A DNA stretch of 64,000 nt, taken from contig NC_043005.1 in assembly GCF_006345805.1 (NCBI RefSeq), positions 58,404,001 to 58,468,000 of the forward strand, in the 5' to 3' direction. The notes beneath the pieces were generated by a model. It saw only the letters and a program-made list of their open reading frames with translations, did no database searches and was not told where the DNA came from. This document shows, in pieces, positions 1-12,416 of the stretch. Numbering within the stretch: the first letter of the stretch is position 1; each line of letters opens with the position of its first letter. The DNA is from Octopus sinensis (taxonomy: Eukaryota). The translations under genes and the position numbers were made by a program.

Positions 1-141
1 AACATGAATTCCTTCCATCTTCCTACTCTGTTACAATATGTAAGCAAAATTATATTAATGTATCCTACTTGTTAAAAAATTTCCAACCATATTGCTATGC
101 CTATGCTTATGCAACACTTGTTTTGGTTCAGTCCCACTGTG

Positions 142-454
142 AAGGCACTTGGCTTAGTGGTTTGAGTGTCAGGTTCACAATCATGAGGTAGTGAGTTCGA
201 TACCCAGACAGGGCAGTGCGTTGTGTTCTGGAGCAAGACACTTTATTTCACATTCCTCCAGTTCACTCAGCTGTAGAAATGAGTTGTGATGTCACTGGTA
301 CCAAGGTGTATTGGCCCCTTTGCCTTTCCCTTATATAACATCGGTGGTGTGGAGAGGGGAGACTGGTATGCATGGTTGACTGCTGGTCTTCCAGAAACAA
401 CCTTGTCCAGACTTGTGCAATACCACAGTCATTCATGACTAAAGGGGTTCTTTA
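142..454 (+). mobile_element. tRNA-derived SINE (family B) inserted into another SINE
   Basis: A-box-like GGCTTAGTGG and B-box-like GAGTTCGATACC head; flanked by exact 9-bp duplication CCCACTGTG (133-141, 455-463); homologous inverted copy at 21340-21662. Confidence 0.8.
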
Positions 455-584
455 CCCACTGTGTAGCATCTTGGGCATGTTTCTTCTACTGTAGCTCTGG
501 GCTGACCAAATCCTTGTGAATGGATATGGTAGAAAGAAACTGAAAGAAGCCCATCACACACACACACACACATAAAAAATAAAT

Positions 585-833
585 GCGCCCTTTTAAAGCC
601 TAGCCAGGCTCATGGGCCCAGTTTCCCGGTTTCTATGGCATATGTCTTCCCCAGCTGGATGGGACGCCAGTCCATCACAGCGTTACTCATTTTTGCCAGC
701 TGAGTGGACTGGAGCAACATGAAATGAAGTGTTTTGCTCAAGAACACAACACATTGCCCGGTCCAGGAATTGAAACCATAATCTTATGATCGTGATGCTG
801 ACACCCTAACCACTAAGCCACGCGTCCCCACTT
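585..833 (-). mobile_element. tRNA-derived SINE with V-domain-like core
   Basis: Minus strand: GGCTTAGTGGTTAGGG head, GGTTTCAATTCC B-box, core GATGGACTGGCGTCCCATCCAG resembling the V-SINE domain as recalled; related to 3728-4045 and 37690-38005. Confidence 0.7.
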
Positions 834-883
834 CGGCTGACTATGCTAACTATTAAAGGCGATGAGCTGGCAGAACCGTTAGC

Positions 884-1031
<148 letters not shown>

Positions 1032-1310
1032 TCTTTTACTCTTTTACTTGTTTCAATCATTTGACTGCAGCCATGCTGGAGCACCGCCTTTAGTCGAGCA
1101 ACTCGACCCCGGGACTTATTCTTTTGTAAGCCCAGTACTTATTCTATCGGTCTCTTTTGCCGAACCGCTATATATATATATATATATATCATTTTAAAGT
1201 TATTTCTACAAATATTCTATAGAATTTAGAGCCAGCACAGAAAGTTATGATGTTTTGTACACAAATACATCTTTCTAAACTATGTAATTGAAGATGGAAG
1301 AATAGGTAAT

Positions 1311-1357
1311 TGGTGCATATTCATATTTCAGGAGTTATTGCTTCTTCTTCAGCACCA
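1311..1357 (-). ncRNA. hammerhead-ribozyme-like fold, probably inactive (G at cleavage position)
   Basis: Minus: TGGTG-CTGAAGA-AGAAG caataa CTCCT-GAAA-TA tgaa TA-T-G-CACCA; stem I 5 bp, stem II 4/5 bp, stem III 3 bp; N17=G violates NUH. Confidence 0.4.
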
Positions 1358-1453
1358 CGTCCAATCCATTAACCATCCACAAATACATTGCATCTATGTG
1401 TGCATGTATGTATGCATGCACCTCTGTATTTATGTCTATATGTATATATATAT

Positions 1454-1858
1454 GGGTGCAGGAGTGGCTGTGTGGTAAGTAGCTTGCTTACCAACCACAT
1501 GGTTCCGGGTTCATTCCCACTGCGTGGCACCTTGGGCAAGTGTCTTCTGTTGCCTCGGGCTGACCAAAGCCTTGTGAATGGATTTAGTAGTTGGAAACTG
1601 AAAGAAGCCTGTCGTATATATGTATATATATGTATGTGTGTGTATATGTTTGTGTGTTTGTGTTTGTCCCCTCAACATTGCTTGACAACTGATGCTGGTC
1701 TGTTTACATCCCCATAACTTAGCGGTTCCACAAAAGAGACAGATAGAATAAGTACTAGGCTTCCAAAGAATAAGTCCTGGTGTCGATTTGCTCAACTAAA
1801 GGTGGTGCTCCAGTACGGCCGCAATCAAATGACTGAAACAAGTAATGGAGAAAAGAGT
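1454..1858 (+). mobile_element. CORE-like tRNA-derived SINE (family A), full length
   Basis: Head GGAGTGGCTGTGTGGTAAG...GGGTTCATTCCC, CORE-like CCTTGGGCAAGTGTC, internal (TA)n/(TG)n, tail GACTGAAACAAGTA; about 20 copies in the window. Confidence 0.85.
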
Positions 1859-1982
1859 ATATATGTATATGTGTATGTTCACTTCCGTGTTTTTATTATC
1901 TGAATTCTTTCTTTGAAGAAGGAGTTGGTTTCTAGCAAAGATACAAGGCTCCATCTTTAGAATGTAGATAACAAAAACAATG

Positions 1983-2445
1983 TCACATTTTAAACTTGAG
2001 AAAAGTCTTGCATAGTTTTACCATTCCACTTTCATATTGTATTTGTAATGTGTGAGTTCATTTATTTTTTTTTTTCATCTCTGGAAACTCTAGCTTATCC
2101 GGATTGCGATTGTGATTAAGGAATATATTCGTGAAGCCAAGTGCACCAATTATTATTGGTATAAATGTAAATTTATAATCAGGATGTAGAAACTGGTGGT
2201 TTTGAAGGTGTTTGTCTATAGTTGACCTCTTCTCCTTTGATTTTCAAAGAGATATTCACATCAGCAAGACAGTTGACCTCTATGATGATACATGTTTTTT
2301 CTTGTCCATCTCAAACAGCAATATCTGGTCTGTTGTGCTTACACTTGACAGATGTTTTGATGGGGATGTCCCACCAGAATTCTTTGTGTTGACATTTGTT
2401 CGTGCATTCAATAATAGGGGTATGTTAAGCTTGCTTGTATGAAAC
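1983..2445 (-). mobile_element. 3' fragment of an RLE-endonuclease non-LTR retrotransposon (R4/Dong-like group), decayed
   Basis: Minus translation EFWWDIPIKTSVKCKHNRPDIAV*DGQEKTCIIIEVNCLADVNISLKIK, then after frameshift HPDYKFTFIPIIIGALG...KLCKTFLKFKM*; R-P-D...E restriction-like endonuclease motif. Confidence 0.75.
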
Positions 2446-3241
2446 TTAAATGGGGATGAACAGCAACAATTGCAGCAGCAACAGGGACAGCAACTACACC
2501 AACAGCAGCAGCAATTACACCAACAACTAGCAACAACAACCAACAACAACAACAACAGCAGCAGCAGCAACATCAGCAACAACAACAGAATAACTGCAGA
2601 CAGATTTGAACTCAGTACATTTGAGTTGGTAGTTTGATGCCTTATTCACATGGTCACCTCTTTTCTACGAGTGAAAATGGTAAAGAGAGAGAAACAAATG
2701 CAAAATAAAAAAATTAGAACAGCAACAACAAAAGACATGAAAACCATTATTCACTATAGTTACACATAGGATTTCATAGGAAACTTTACTGAGGACACTA
2801 AAAGCTTTTAAGTGATTTCACAAGTGAACAACAGAACCAAAACAAGAGAAAGAGTGGAGAAAAACAAAAAAACAAAAAAACAAAAAAACAAAACAAACAG
2901 AAATAACAGATAAAAAAAAAGAAATTCAAATTTTAACTACTTTAAATATTGACTTACAAAGTAACACAGTTTATATGATAGAAGGTCAGTTTACAGTGTC
3001 ATTAACAGTCTTTGGACAGATAATTGGCATTATTTAATAGCAGCAGTAGAATAATCTAAGGAGTGGGGGTAAAAAAAAAAATAAAAAGTTATCCATACTC
3101 CTACTTCGTTGGACTTGCAAGAGTAGGTTTCCTATGATGGTTTTGCCATGAAATCTGAGGAATTAGATTTCAAAGCAAAATCTTAACAATTTGTGAGAGA
3201 GAACAAGAGAAAGGGACAGAGAAAGGGAGGTGGGAGAAAGG

Positions 3242-3290
<49 letters not shown>

Positions 3291-3727
3291 CTTGAATGTG
3301 TGAAAAAAAAAAGACTCATACAAGAGTGAATTCAAGTTAACTACATTAGTGACACAGATGGCTAAATATCTGGCTGTACATTTCCTGTACACTATGCTTC
3401 TGCCGAGTTTTTGTGTCTTTGAAGCAAAGTTTCCTTCAACTAATTGATGACAGGTATTTCATGTCTAAAAGTCTTAGAAAGGATTTATTAGTTTAAATGT
3501 AAATTTTAGAAAATAAAAATATATAACCTTAATTGGAAGAAAAAGGGTAACATATGCAACCCTTTGCAGCACTTCTGAAATAAGTGAGAGGCAAAGAAGA
3601 GTTTATCCTAAAAAGAAAAACTGAACACTAATTCTTCCATAAGAGTGGTCTCCACTAAAAGCACTTAAGGGCCATGTGGTGATGTTAATGGTGTTAAATG
3701 GAGGGACAGATTAGTATTCATTACACT

Positions 3728-4045
3728 AGTGGAGGCACATGGCCTAGTGGTTAGAGCAGCAGACTCGCAGTCGGGGGATCACGGGTTCGAATCTCAGACC
3801 GGGCAATGTGTGTGTGTTTATGAGCGAAGCACCTAAGCTCCACGTGGCTCCGGCAGAAGGTAATGGCGAACTTCTCCTGACTCTTTCGCCACAACTTTCT
3901 CTCACTCTTTCCTCCTGCATCTTGCAGCTCACCTACGACGGACCGGCGTCCCATCCAGGTGGGGAACCTATATGCCAAGGAAACCAGGAAACCGGCCCTT
4001 ATGAGCCAGGCATGGCTCGAGAAAGAACAAACAACAACAAACATG
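3728..4045 (+). mobile_element. tRNA-derived SINE with V-like core
   Basis: GGCCTAGTGGTTAGAGC A-box, GGGTTCGAATC B-box, GGACCGGCGTCCCATCCAGG core; flanking duplication CATTACACT (3719-3727, 4046-4054). Confidence 0.8.
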
Positions 4046-4078
4046 CATTACACTGTGTAATTACTTTAGTGTTCATTA

Positions 4079-4556
4079 CACTGTGTAACATGATTTTTCT
4101 CCTCAAGTAGCTGCAGTTATTTTCTATTTGCTTACCCTTAGAATGTATGAACAACAGCTAGTTTCCTTCAAACTTTGCTTTTGTTACATTTATTAAAACT
4201 TCCCAAAGAATCCCCCTCAACACACAGTTATGATGCCCCCCCCCCACTACTCTTACTTATGATCAGAGATACACATATTGTCAGCCACTAAGGGACATAC
4301 TCAAGTGGTTATGGTTATGCAACTGACAAGCAAATCTGTGGTATTGAGCAGAATATTTGCTATAACGATATTTCTGCTTCAGCAACTCAGCACCGAATCA
4401 GTCTGAAATGTAATGGAAAGTAGGTCAGTTTGAAAACATTGGTGTCTGGGTCACAAAAGCAAAGTTTGAGGGGACTAGTAGTTAGTTATTTCCTTTTGAT
4501 TTCTTGTTAGAAGCAAATTGGAAATAACACTTAATGACCAAAGACAAAAAAAAAAA
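4079..4556. mobile_element. Tc1/mariner-type MITE (truncated by a SINE)
   Basis: Starts TA|CACTGTGTAACATGATTTT; long homology to 27453-27952, which retains the inverted end. Confidence 0.6.
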
Positions 4557-4562
4557 AGAAGT

Positions 4563-4925
4563 TGAACCACATGGTTCCAGGTTCAGTCCCACTGCATGGC
4601 ACCTTGGGCAAGTGTCTTTTACTATAGCCTTGGGCCAACCAAAGCCTTGTGAGTGGATTTTGTAGACGGAAACTGAAAGAAGCCCATCATATATATGTAT
4701 ATATATGCGTGTGTGTGTTTGTGTGTCTGTGTTTGTCCCCCTAGCATTGCTTGACAACCGATGCTGGTGTGTTGATGTCCCTGTTACTTAGCGGCTTGGC
4801 AAAAGAGACCGATAGAATAAGTACTGGGCTTACAAAAGAATAAGTCCCGGGGTCGAGTTGCTCGATTAAAGGCGGTGCTCCAGCATGGCCGCGGCCAAAA
4901 GACTGAAACAAGTAAAAGAGAGAGT
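4563..4925 (+). mobile_element. family A SINE, 5'-truncated
   Basis: Same head/core/tail as 1454-1858, tail GTAAAAGAG. Confidence 0.85.
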
Positions 4926-5067
4926 TATTTATTCATTTTGCCTTGAATTAATAATGCATTATCTTATAGCTTTGAGATTTCAATCTCCTCCTCCTCATCC
5001 TCCTCCGTCACATAGCCATGCCAAAAAAATAGTTAACTTTTTAAAAAAGTCTTTCTTTAAATATTGT

Positions 5068-5490
5068 GACTGTGGCTGTGTGGTAAGTAGCGTGCTTACC
5101 AACCACATGGTTCCGGGTTCAGTCCCACTGCGTGACACCTTGGGCAAGTGTCTTCTACTATAGCCTCGGGCTGATTAAAGCCTTGTGAGTGGATTTGGTA
5201 GATGGAAACTGAAAGAAGCCCGTTGTATATATGTATATATATATATGTATATATGTATGTGTGTGTATATGTTTGTCTGTTTGTGTTTGTACCCCCCCCC
5301 CCAACATCGCCTGACAACCGATGCTGGTGTGTTTACATCCCTGTAACTTAGTGGTTCGGCAAAAGAAACCGATAGAATAAGTACTAAGCTTACAAAGAAT
5401 AAGTGCTGGGGTCGATTTGCTCAACTAAAGGCGGTGCTCCAGCATGGCCACAGTCGAATGACTGAAACAAGTAAAAATAAAAATAAAAGA
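5068..5490 (+). mobile_element. family A SINE
   Basis: Same structure as 1454-1858. Confidence 0.85.
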
Positions 5491-5595
5491 GATGTGATTT
5501 CGAGGAAGGTTTGACTACTATTTCTAGCAAACTGGGCGATTGCAGAAAATGCTTTCGGCTGGCTCATGAAATGTTTCTATCAACAACACAGCCAC

Positions 5596-5649
5596 AGCAT
5601 GCATTATAGCATGCATTATAGCATGCATTATAGCATGCATTATAGCATG
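5596..5649. repeat. 12-bp tandem repeat (AGCATGCATTAT) x4.5
   Basis: Four exact units plus a half unit. Confidence 0.95.
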
Positions 5650-6044
5650 TGTTACAAGCCTCTCAAATTACTTTTAAACATTATATTTCATTTTATTTTG
5701 CTATAAAGATTTACAGCTTTCTTGTAAATCTTCAGTAATCATTTTAATCTGAAATGTGTGCAGCTATGTGCATATGTGCATGCATGCATGTGTGTGTGTG
5801 TGAGTGTGTGTGTGTGTGTGTTTGTGCAGTTGTGTGCGTGTATGTGTGTATGTGTGTTTCCAAAGAGATAATTGTTACATTTTGGTGGAGTTATGATATA
5901 TAGATTGTTTAATAAACACATGCGTTTGTGTTTGTTGAAACTGTTATTGCAGTATCAAAGTCCTCTGCTATTGCATAATTTTAACATGATCTGATCACTG
6001 GCATTCTAATTTACATGATGATGAAAGAGCCTTTGACGTAAAAG

Positions 6045-6067
6045 ATAACAATAATAATAATAATAAT

Positions 6068-6115
<48 letters not shown>

Positions 6116-6176
6116 TGTAGTAGTAATAATAATAATAATGGTAATAATAATAATAATAATAGTAATAAAAATAATA

Positions 6177-6207
<31 letters not shown>

Positions 6208-6447
6208 TATAATAATATGAATAATAATAGTAATAATAATAATAGTAATATAATAATAATGGTAATAATAATAATAATAATAGTAATAAAAATAATAATA
6301 GTAATAATAATAATAATAATAATAATATGAATAATAATAGTAATAATAATAATAGTAATAATAATAATAATAATAATAGTAATAATAGTAATAATAATAA
6401 TATAATAATAATAAAAATAATAATAATAATGGTAATAATAATAATTA

Positions 6448-6480
<33 letters not shown>
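6045..6480. repeat. compound (AAT)n array
   Basis: ~435 bp AAT/AGT/GGT triplets with an internal ~120-bp duplicated block. Confidence 0.95.
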
Positions 6481-8134
6481 CGATGCTGCTGCTGCTGCTG
6501 ATGATGATGATAATAACAAAGATATTAATAGCAATAATAATAAGGAAATAATATGAGTAAATAACAATAGTGTGCATGTGTTTGTGAGTGAGTGTGTGTG
6601 CATGTGCGTGCGTGCGTGTGTGTGTGTGTGTGTGTAACTGAGAGAGAGAGATAGTTAGAGGAAAGAGTAAAGAGAAAGAAAGGGAGAGAGAGAAAGTTGG
6701 AGGAAGGCTGAGATAAATAGCCCGAATGTTTGTACACGTACATATTGTTGTGTATATCACATATATAATGAATGTGTTTGCATGACATGAGCAAATATTC
6801 TGTGTTATATATAAACAGCTAATATATTTGCACATCATCAACATTACTACCACCACCACCACCATCATCAGCATCATTATCATCATCTTCATTTTCATTA
6901 ATGTTGTTGTCAGCATCATTGCCATCACCCCACCTCTGTTACTACCATCACCAAACTATTCAACACGTTTCAGGGCCCCAGATTATTCCTACTTATACAC
7001 TGCATTCAACAAGTATTCTCTTATTCTTTTCACTTGTGTCAGCTGTTTGAATGCGGCCATGCTGGAGCACCACCCTTGAAGGGTTTTCAGTTGAACAAAT
7101 CAACCCCAGCACTTATTTTTTTCTTTTAAGCCAAGTACTTATCCTATTGGTCTCTTTTGCCAAACCACTGGTGTGTTTATGTTATGGGGACTTAAACACA
7201 CCAACGTCAGTTGTCAAGTGGTAATGGTGGGCAACAAACACAAAGAAATATGCACATAGGTACTTATATATAAACACTTCCAGAAACTCTTATCAACGTG
7301 CAATGTAACCACCCCAGTGGCAATGTTTTGGTACCAAAGGACGTAGCTCTTAACTCAATCCCCTACTTGTTTCATTTCCTCTTTTTCACAGCAGCTGCAA
7401 GCCAGGTGTATCTGTTCACCTCTAACAATAAAGAAGAGATGCCATATTTCATTCCATATCGGCCACCTCTGATGAGTGCAGGGTTACATAATCAGATTGT
7501 TACCTAACACTCCATTGAATCCCTAGCACAAAACTGATTGGAAATATCAACCGTAAAGGTTATATAATACTGTACACTTCGAATAATATACCCACTCTGC
7601 TGACAGATATAGAAGTGCATTTTTACCTGACTTATGGACTCTTAGCTGACTTACACACACACACACACACACACATACTTACATATGAAGCAAAAGCAAC
7701 TCTTGTGTAATAAATATTTAATACATATATTATATATTAATGTATGTTTTGTGTTGTGTACTTTCTGGTGGCTTCCTATCTTCAGTCGAGTTCCAGATTG
7801 TCATTGCAGTTTTGGACAGTTACACTTGAGACTCCTCCACTCTGGGCGGCCCCAAGAAAATCTAAGCTAAGAGCACTAGACTCCTTTGAAGGAAGCAAGG
7901 GAATGTATATGAAAACAAGGACAAAAAAAGGGAGAAATGGTACACAAATACAAATACAAACAACAGGACATTAACAACAGGTGTCTTTTAACTAAGGATC
8001 AATTAAATTAAGCTGGCACATGTGGAAGTGAAGCCTTATGGCAAGAACATAAGAGATAAAAGTCATGCTATATATATATATATATATGTATATACTTTTT
8101 CTATTTTCTATTTTCTCCCCCTGTTTATTTGTGT

Positions 8135-8173
8135 TCTTTTCTGTTAAAGAACATAGGCTCACAACGTAAAAGA
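8135..8173 (+). ncRNA. heavily decayed minimal hammerhead-like motif
   Basis: TCTTT(T)-CTGTTAA-A-GAAC atag GCTC-ACAA-CG-TA-AAAGA; same layout as 30480-30514 but core mutated at several invariant positions. Confidence 0.3.
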
Positions 8174-9255
8174 CTTTTTCACTTCCCGAATGTTAAACTA
8201 ATACATCTGTTTGTTGTTTACACACTCGTCTTCGTCTTTTGTTTTTTGTAAATTCTCACTATATATATATATATATATACACACTTTTAATTTTGTTGAT
8301 GATGCCTTAGTTCAGTAGTATTATTTTCTAGAATTCTCCTGGGGATTTTATGACCATCTTCATCAGTTAACATTTAGGACTTTTATTTATTTATTTATTT
8401 ATTTATTTTTGCCCTTTGTTCTTGTTTTGAGAAGAAACCTAACATCCAGCAACTTTTTACTGATGAATTTTTAGACACTATCTTCTAAATCAGGCAGAGT
8501 ATGTAGGAGGTGCAAATTTTGATTTTGTAGCCCCCACCAAAAATTTTAGGGGTGCGAGTGCACCACCTACATCCCTGTTTCTCAGGCCTTTGCAAGTATG
8601 TGTATTAGTTTGGCACTCAGGAAGAATTGAAAAGTCTTTGATGTTTTATGCCTATGCTCTTTCACAGAAAGGGTTGAGAATAAAAAGATGGAGAGAGGTT
8701 GGAAAAAAACAGAAAGAAAAATGTCTCTGTAATAATTGTTCAATATTACATACACTCACATGATTACCCCAGTTTGATCCTGCCTGACTGAACTTCCTCC
8801 CCCCTTGAACTCTCATCTCTCCAAACTTCTTCATGAACTTTTGGTACCTCTTCTCCTCCACCTAACCATCACCCCACCTGGATTACCATTGAATCTTTGT
8901 ACTCTTTTGGACTCTACCACCATGGATCTTTACTGGCTACTTTCATAGATATACATACACACACACATGCACACATACACACACACACACACACACCACA
9001 CCACACACATATCGTGGGTTGATGCCAGTGCTGCCTGACTGGCTCCCATTCTGGTGGCATGTAAAAAGCATCCACTACACTCTCAGAGTGGTTGGCATTA
9101 GGAAGGGCATATAACAGTAGAAACCTTGCCTAATCAGATTGGAGTCTGGTGCAGCCTCCTGGCTTGCCAGTCCTCAGCCAAACCATCCAGCCCATGCCAG
9201 CATGGAAAGCAGACATTAAATGATGAGGATGATGATGTTGATGATGATGTATATA

Positions 9256-10212
9256 CAGGGTTATTCAAAAAGAAAGAGCAGATTTCAAATTTATTTTTAA
9301 AACAAACAGTAAGAGACACAAACGCATTCTGCATGTTTCTTGATAGGGGAAGGTTTAAAGTTCACAGCTGAACATGATCAATTATAAATAATGTTTTAAT
9401 TTTGTTTTAATACTTCATTTTACTCTTTTACTCTTTTACTTGTTTCAGTCATTTGACTGTGGCCATGCCGGAGCACTGTCTTTAGTTGAATCAAATCGGC
9501 CCCAGGACTTATTCTTTGTAAGCCTAGTACTTATTCTATTGGTCTCTTTTGCCGAACCACTAAGTTATGGGGACCTAAACACACCAACATCGGTTGTCAA
9601 GCAATGTTGGGGGGACAAACACAGATACATAAACATACACACACACATACATATGTATATATATACATATATACAATGGGCTTCTTTCAGTTTCTGTCTA
9701 CCAAATCCACTCACAAGGCTTTGGTCAGCCCGAGGCTATAGTAGAAGACACTTGCCACACAGTGGGACTGAACCCGGAACCATGTGGTTTGTAAGCAAGC
9801 TACTTACCACACAGCCACTCATGCACCATTTTGTACATTTTATTTAAAGTTGTATAATTTTCATTTGTGTAATTCCTTAGAAAATGGTGATGCCACAAGA
9901 AAAGTCTTTTTGTGTGCTGCAGTTTGAGAAATATGAACCGATTGTGCAAGGGTAACATCAATTTCACTGCCAATTCAATAAAAATCCTCCTTGTCACGAG
10001 CAAATTTACGAATGGCATAAATATTTCACGGAAAAAGGTTGCAATGTTTCGATATTTGTCGAGCAACACATGGTGCTCATGTTGAGTGCATACTATCTTA
10101 AAATAAACTTTAAACCTTCCCCTATCAAGAAATATGTAGAATGTGTTTGTGTCTCTGACCGTTTGTTTCAAAAATAAATTTAAAATCTGCTCTTTCTCTT
10201 TGAATAACCCTA
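9256..10212 (+). mobile_element. internally deleted Tc1/mariner-superfamily DNA transposon with ~107-bp TIRs
   Basis: TA|CAGGGTTATTCAAAAAG... (9256-9362) is inverted at 10106-10211; inside, MVMPQEKSFCVLQFEKYEPIVQG*HQFHCQFNKNPPCHEQIYEWHKYFTEKGC resembles a transposase N-terminal HTH. Confidence 0.75.
9418..9825 (-). mobile_element. family A SINE nested in the transposon
   Basis: Reverse complement of family A consensus. Confidence 0.85.
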
Positions 10213-10412
10213 CGTCTTTTTGATGTCCTGTACCCATATATGCATGTATCTATACATATATATGTAGGTATGTACATATGTATATATGCATATATTTATA
10301 TATTACTTATATTATTATATATATAATATATATAATATATATATATTTTGAAGTAAGCAATTTGCTACTCTATGATATATTTTGCAAAATATTCCTTTTT
10401 ATATATTTTCAG

Positions 10413-10543
10413 GAAGGAACATTTTTTGTTGAATTAATGGGATTACTTCCAAAACAAGAAATAAAACTAACAAAATCTGTCATAATTCCAGTGTGTAGTG
10501 TTTTTAGCCAAACTACGTCTCAAGTGAAGGTAAAGAATGTTGG
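10413..10543 (+). CDS. CFAP65: CFAP65 (CCDC108)-like coding exon, phase 0 in / phase 2 out
   Basis: ttttcag|GAA...GTTGG|gtatgt; EGTFFVELMGLLPKQEIKLTKSVIIPVCSVFSQTTSQVKVKNV(G) aligns to recalled human CFAP65 EGMFCVGLRATLP...AFFCLDNVG; 131 nt = 43 codons + 2. Confidence 0.85.
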
Positions 10544-10906
10544 GTATGTAACAATTTTAGTTATTTTTTTTAAATCTTAAAAATCAATTCTAAAATAAAA
10601 GAAAAAAGAAAAATTATGAAAAATAATAATGGAAGTACAAAACTTTAGTGATGTTCTTGCTTGGCAAGATTATAGGTTGAAACTGGAAAAACTACACAGC
10701 AGAAAATTAGTATCAACTATTTAAAGCATGTGCACAGTCACACACACATGTACAGACACACACGCATATACACACACACGCATATACACACACACACACA
10801 AAACAGAAACAAAAAACCAAAACAGTTACATTCATTTTGTGCTTGCTATTAATTGGCATCATGTCTTCAGTTCTTTTTCTGTTTCTTTATCTCCCAAAAA
10901 GACTTA

Positions 10907-11175
10907 TAAGGTGCATTCCAGAAGTTTTGAGATTTTTTTAGGAGAGACATTTATTAATATCAAAGAAATACAAAACTCTAATCTTCATCAAAATAGGACT
11001 CTCTGACTTCAATGATCTTGTTATGGTGCTCCAACCACTTCATGAAGACCCTATAGGATTTTTCCAAAGTAAAGGTGTCTAGGACTCTTGTCACAGCCGC
11101 CACCGTCTTCAAAATGTTTACCCCTGAAATTCTCCTTCAGCTTAGGGAACAACCAAAAGTCACAGGGAGAAAAGG
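10907..11175 (-). mobile_element. mariner 3' end fragment
   Basis: Minus FSPCDFWLFPKLKENFRGKHF...KWLEHHNKIIEVRESYFDED*; terminal TA|TAAGGTGCATTCCAGAAG. Confidence 0.7.
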
Positions 11176-11619
11176 GTGGACACTGTAGGAGAGAGAGAGA
11201 GAGAGAGAGAGAGTTTTAATGTTCATCTCTTATTGGGTACCAGAATGGAATAGAGACAAGCAGTATTTAGCAGGCTGTTACAAGCAGTATTTAGTAGGGT
11301 GTGTTCAAAGTGCTGTTACAGCAATCTCCTTCAATCTGGAATAACAAAAGTTGGCAGGTCATGCATAAAAAAGATATACTAAAATTATAATAATCTAGGC
11401 TGGTTGTACCTACCTCTCCTCAATTAGTCTCAGGACTTCTGGAATGACCCCCTTTTACCTCATAGCTCTGATCTTATTAGTGTTATCTCCCTTAGTTGTT
11501 ATATACTAGAATGTTGCTTGGTAAATGATAACGTCAGGAAAATGCTTTTGCCACATCACTTTTGATTGAATCATGTAATGTTACATTTTAATTAATTAAC
11601 AGTTAAACCATACCATTGT

Positions 11620-11830
11620 CCTGTTATGTCTGGGCAGAGTCATTCTCTTTTAGTGCCTTATAATTTAACACACTCACCAGTAAAATTTCCACTTATTTCT
11701 TTTTATCTTTCTAAGGCACTAAAAGAGAATGACTCTTCCCGGACGCAACAGAATATGCTTCAACACACCAACTCACATAAAGAATCATGCAAACCAAATC
11801 CCAAAACGAAATACTATTGTCATTGATATG
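11620..11830. mobile_element. foldback/MITE family copy (deleted centre)
   Basis: GAGTCATTCTCTTTTAGTGCCTTA inverted as TAAGGCACTAAAAGAGAATGACTC; homologous to 27030-27363. Confidence 0.65.
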
Positions 11831-12416
11831 TAAATATTGTCACTGATAACATGTATTTCATTAAAGTGGCAAGCCGGTGGAATTGTTACTGTGCCAAACA
11901 AAATGCTTAGTGATATTTATTCTGGATTGCATTCTAAGTTCCAATGCTGCCAAGGTCAACTTTGCCATCCATCCTTTTGAGGTCAATAAAACAAAGATAA
12001 TTTGAGCAATGGGATTGATGTAATTGACCATTCCTCTCTCTCGAAACGACCGATAACACACACACATATATATATATATAATATATGTGTGTGTGTGTGT
12101 TGCAAATATACAAATTAGGAATTTGTTTTATGTTTATGAATTTGTTTTGCAAGATTCCTGATGTGAAATGGTGTGTTCAAACAGATATTGTTATATTTTG
12201 GGATGGTCATATTTTTTCTTGCTAAATAAATAAATATGTTCTGAGTTCAAATTCCACCAACATTGACATTGCCTTTCATTCTTTCGGGGTTGATAAATTA
12301 AGTACTAGTGAAACACTGGTGGTTGATGTAATCAACTTAATCCTCACCCCCAAGCTGCCCTTGTGGCAAAAATTTGAAATCATTATTGTTCTTATTTTAT
12401 CTTATGTCGATTGTCT

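Noticed and set aside
2440-2590. Mixed CAG/CAA polyglutamine-like tract
   Set aside because: In-frame TGA at 2440-2442, no acceptor or start, the frame drifts out of Gln, and it does not fit the CFAP65 exon chain
6011-6928. 305-aa minus-strand ORF
   Set aside because: Poly-Ile/Leu/Tyr from the (AAT)n array plus (CA)n
7440-7500. CTGATGA at 7468 as a hammerhead
   Set aside because: No GAAA after the short stem and no stem I
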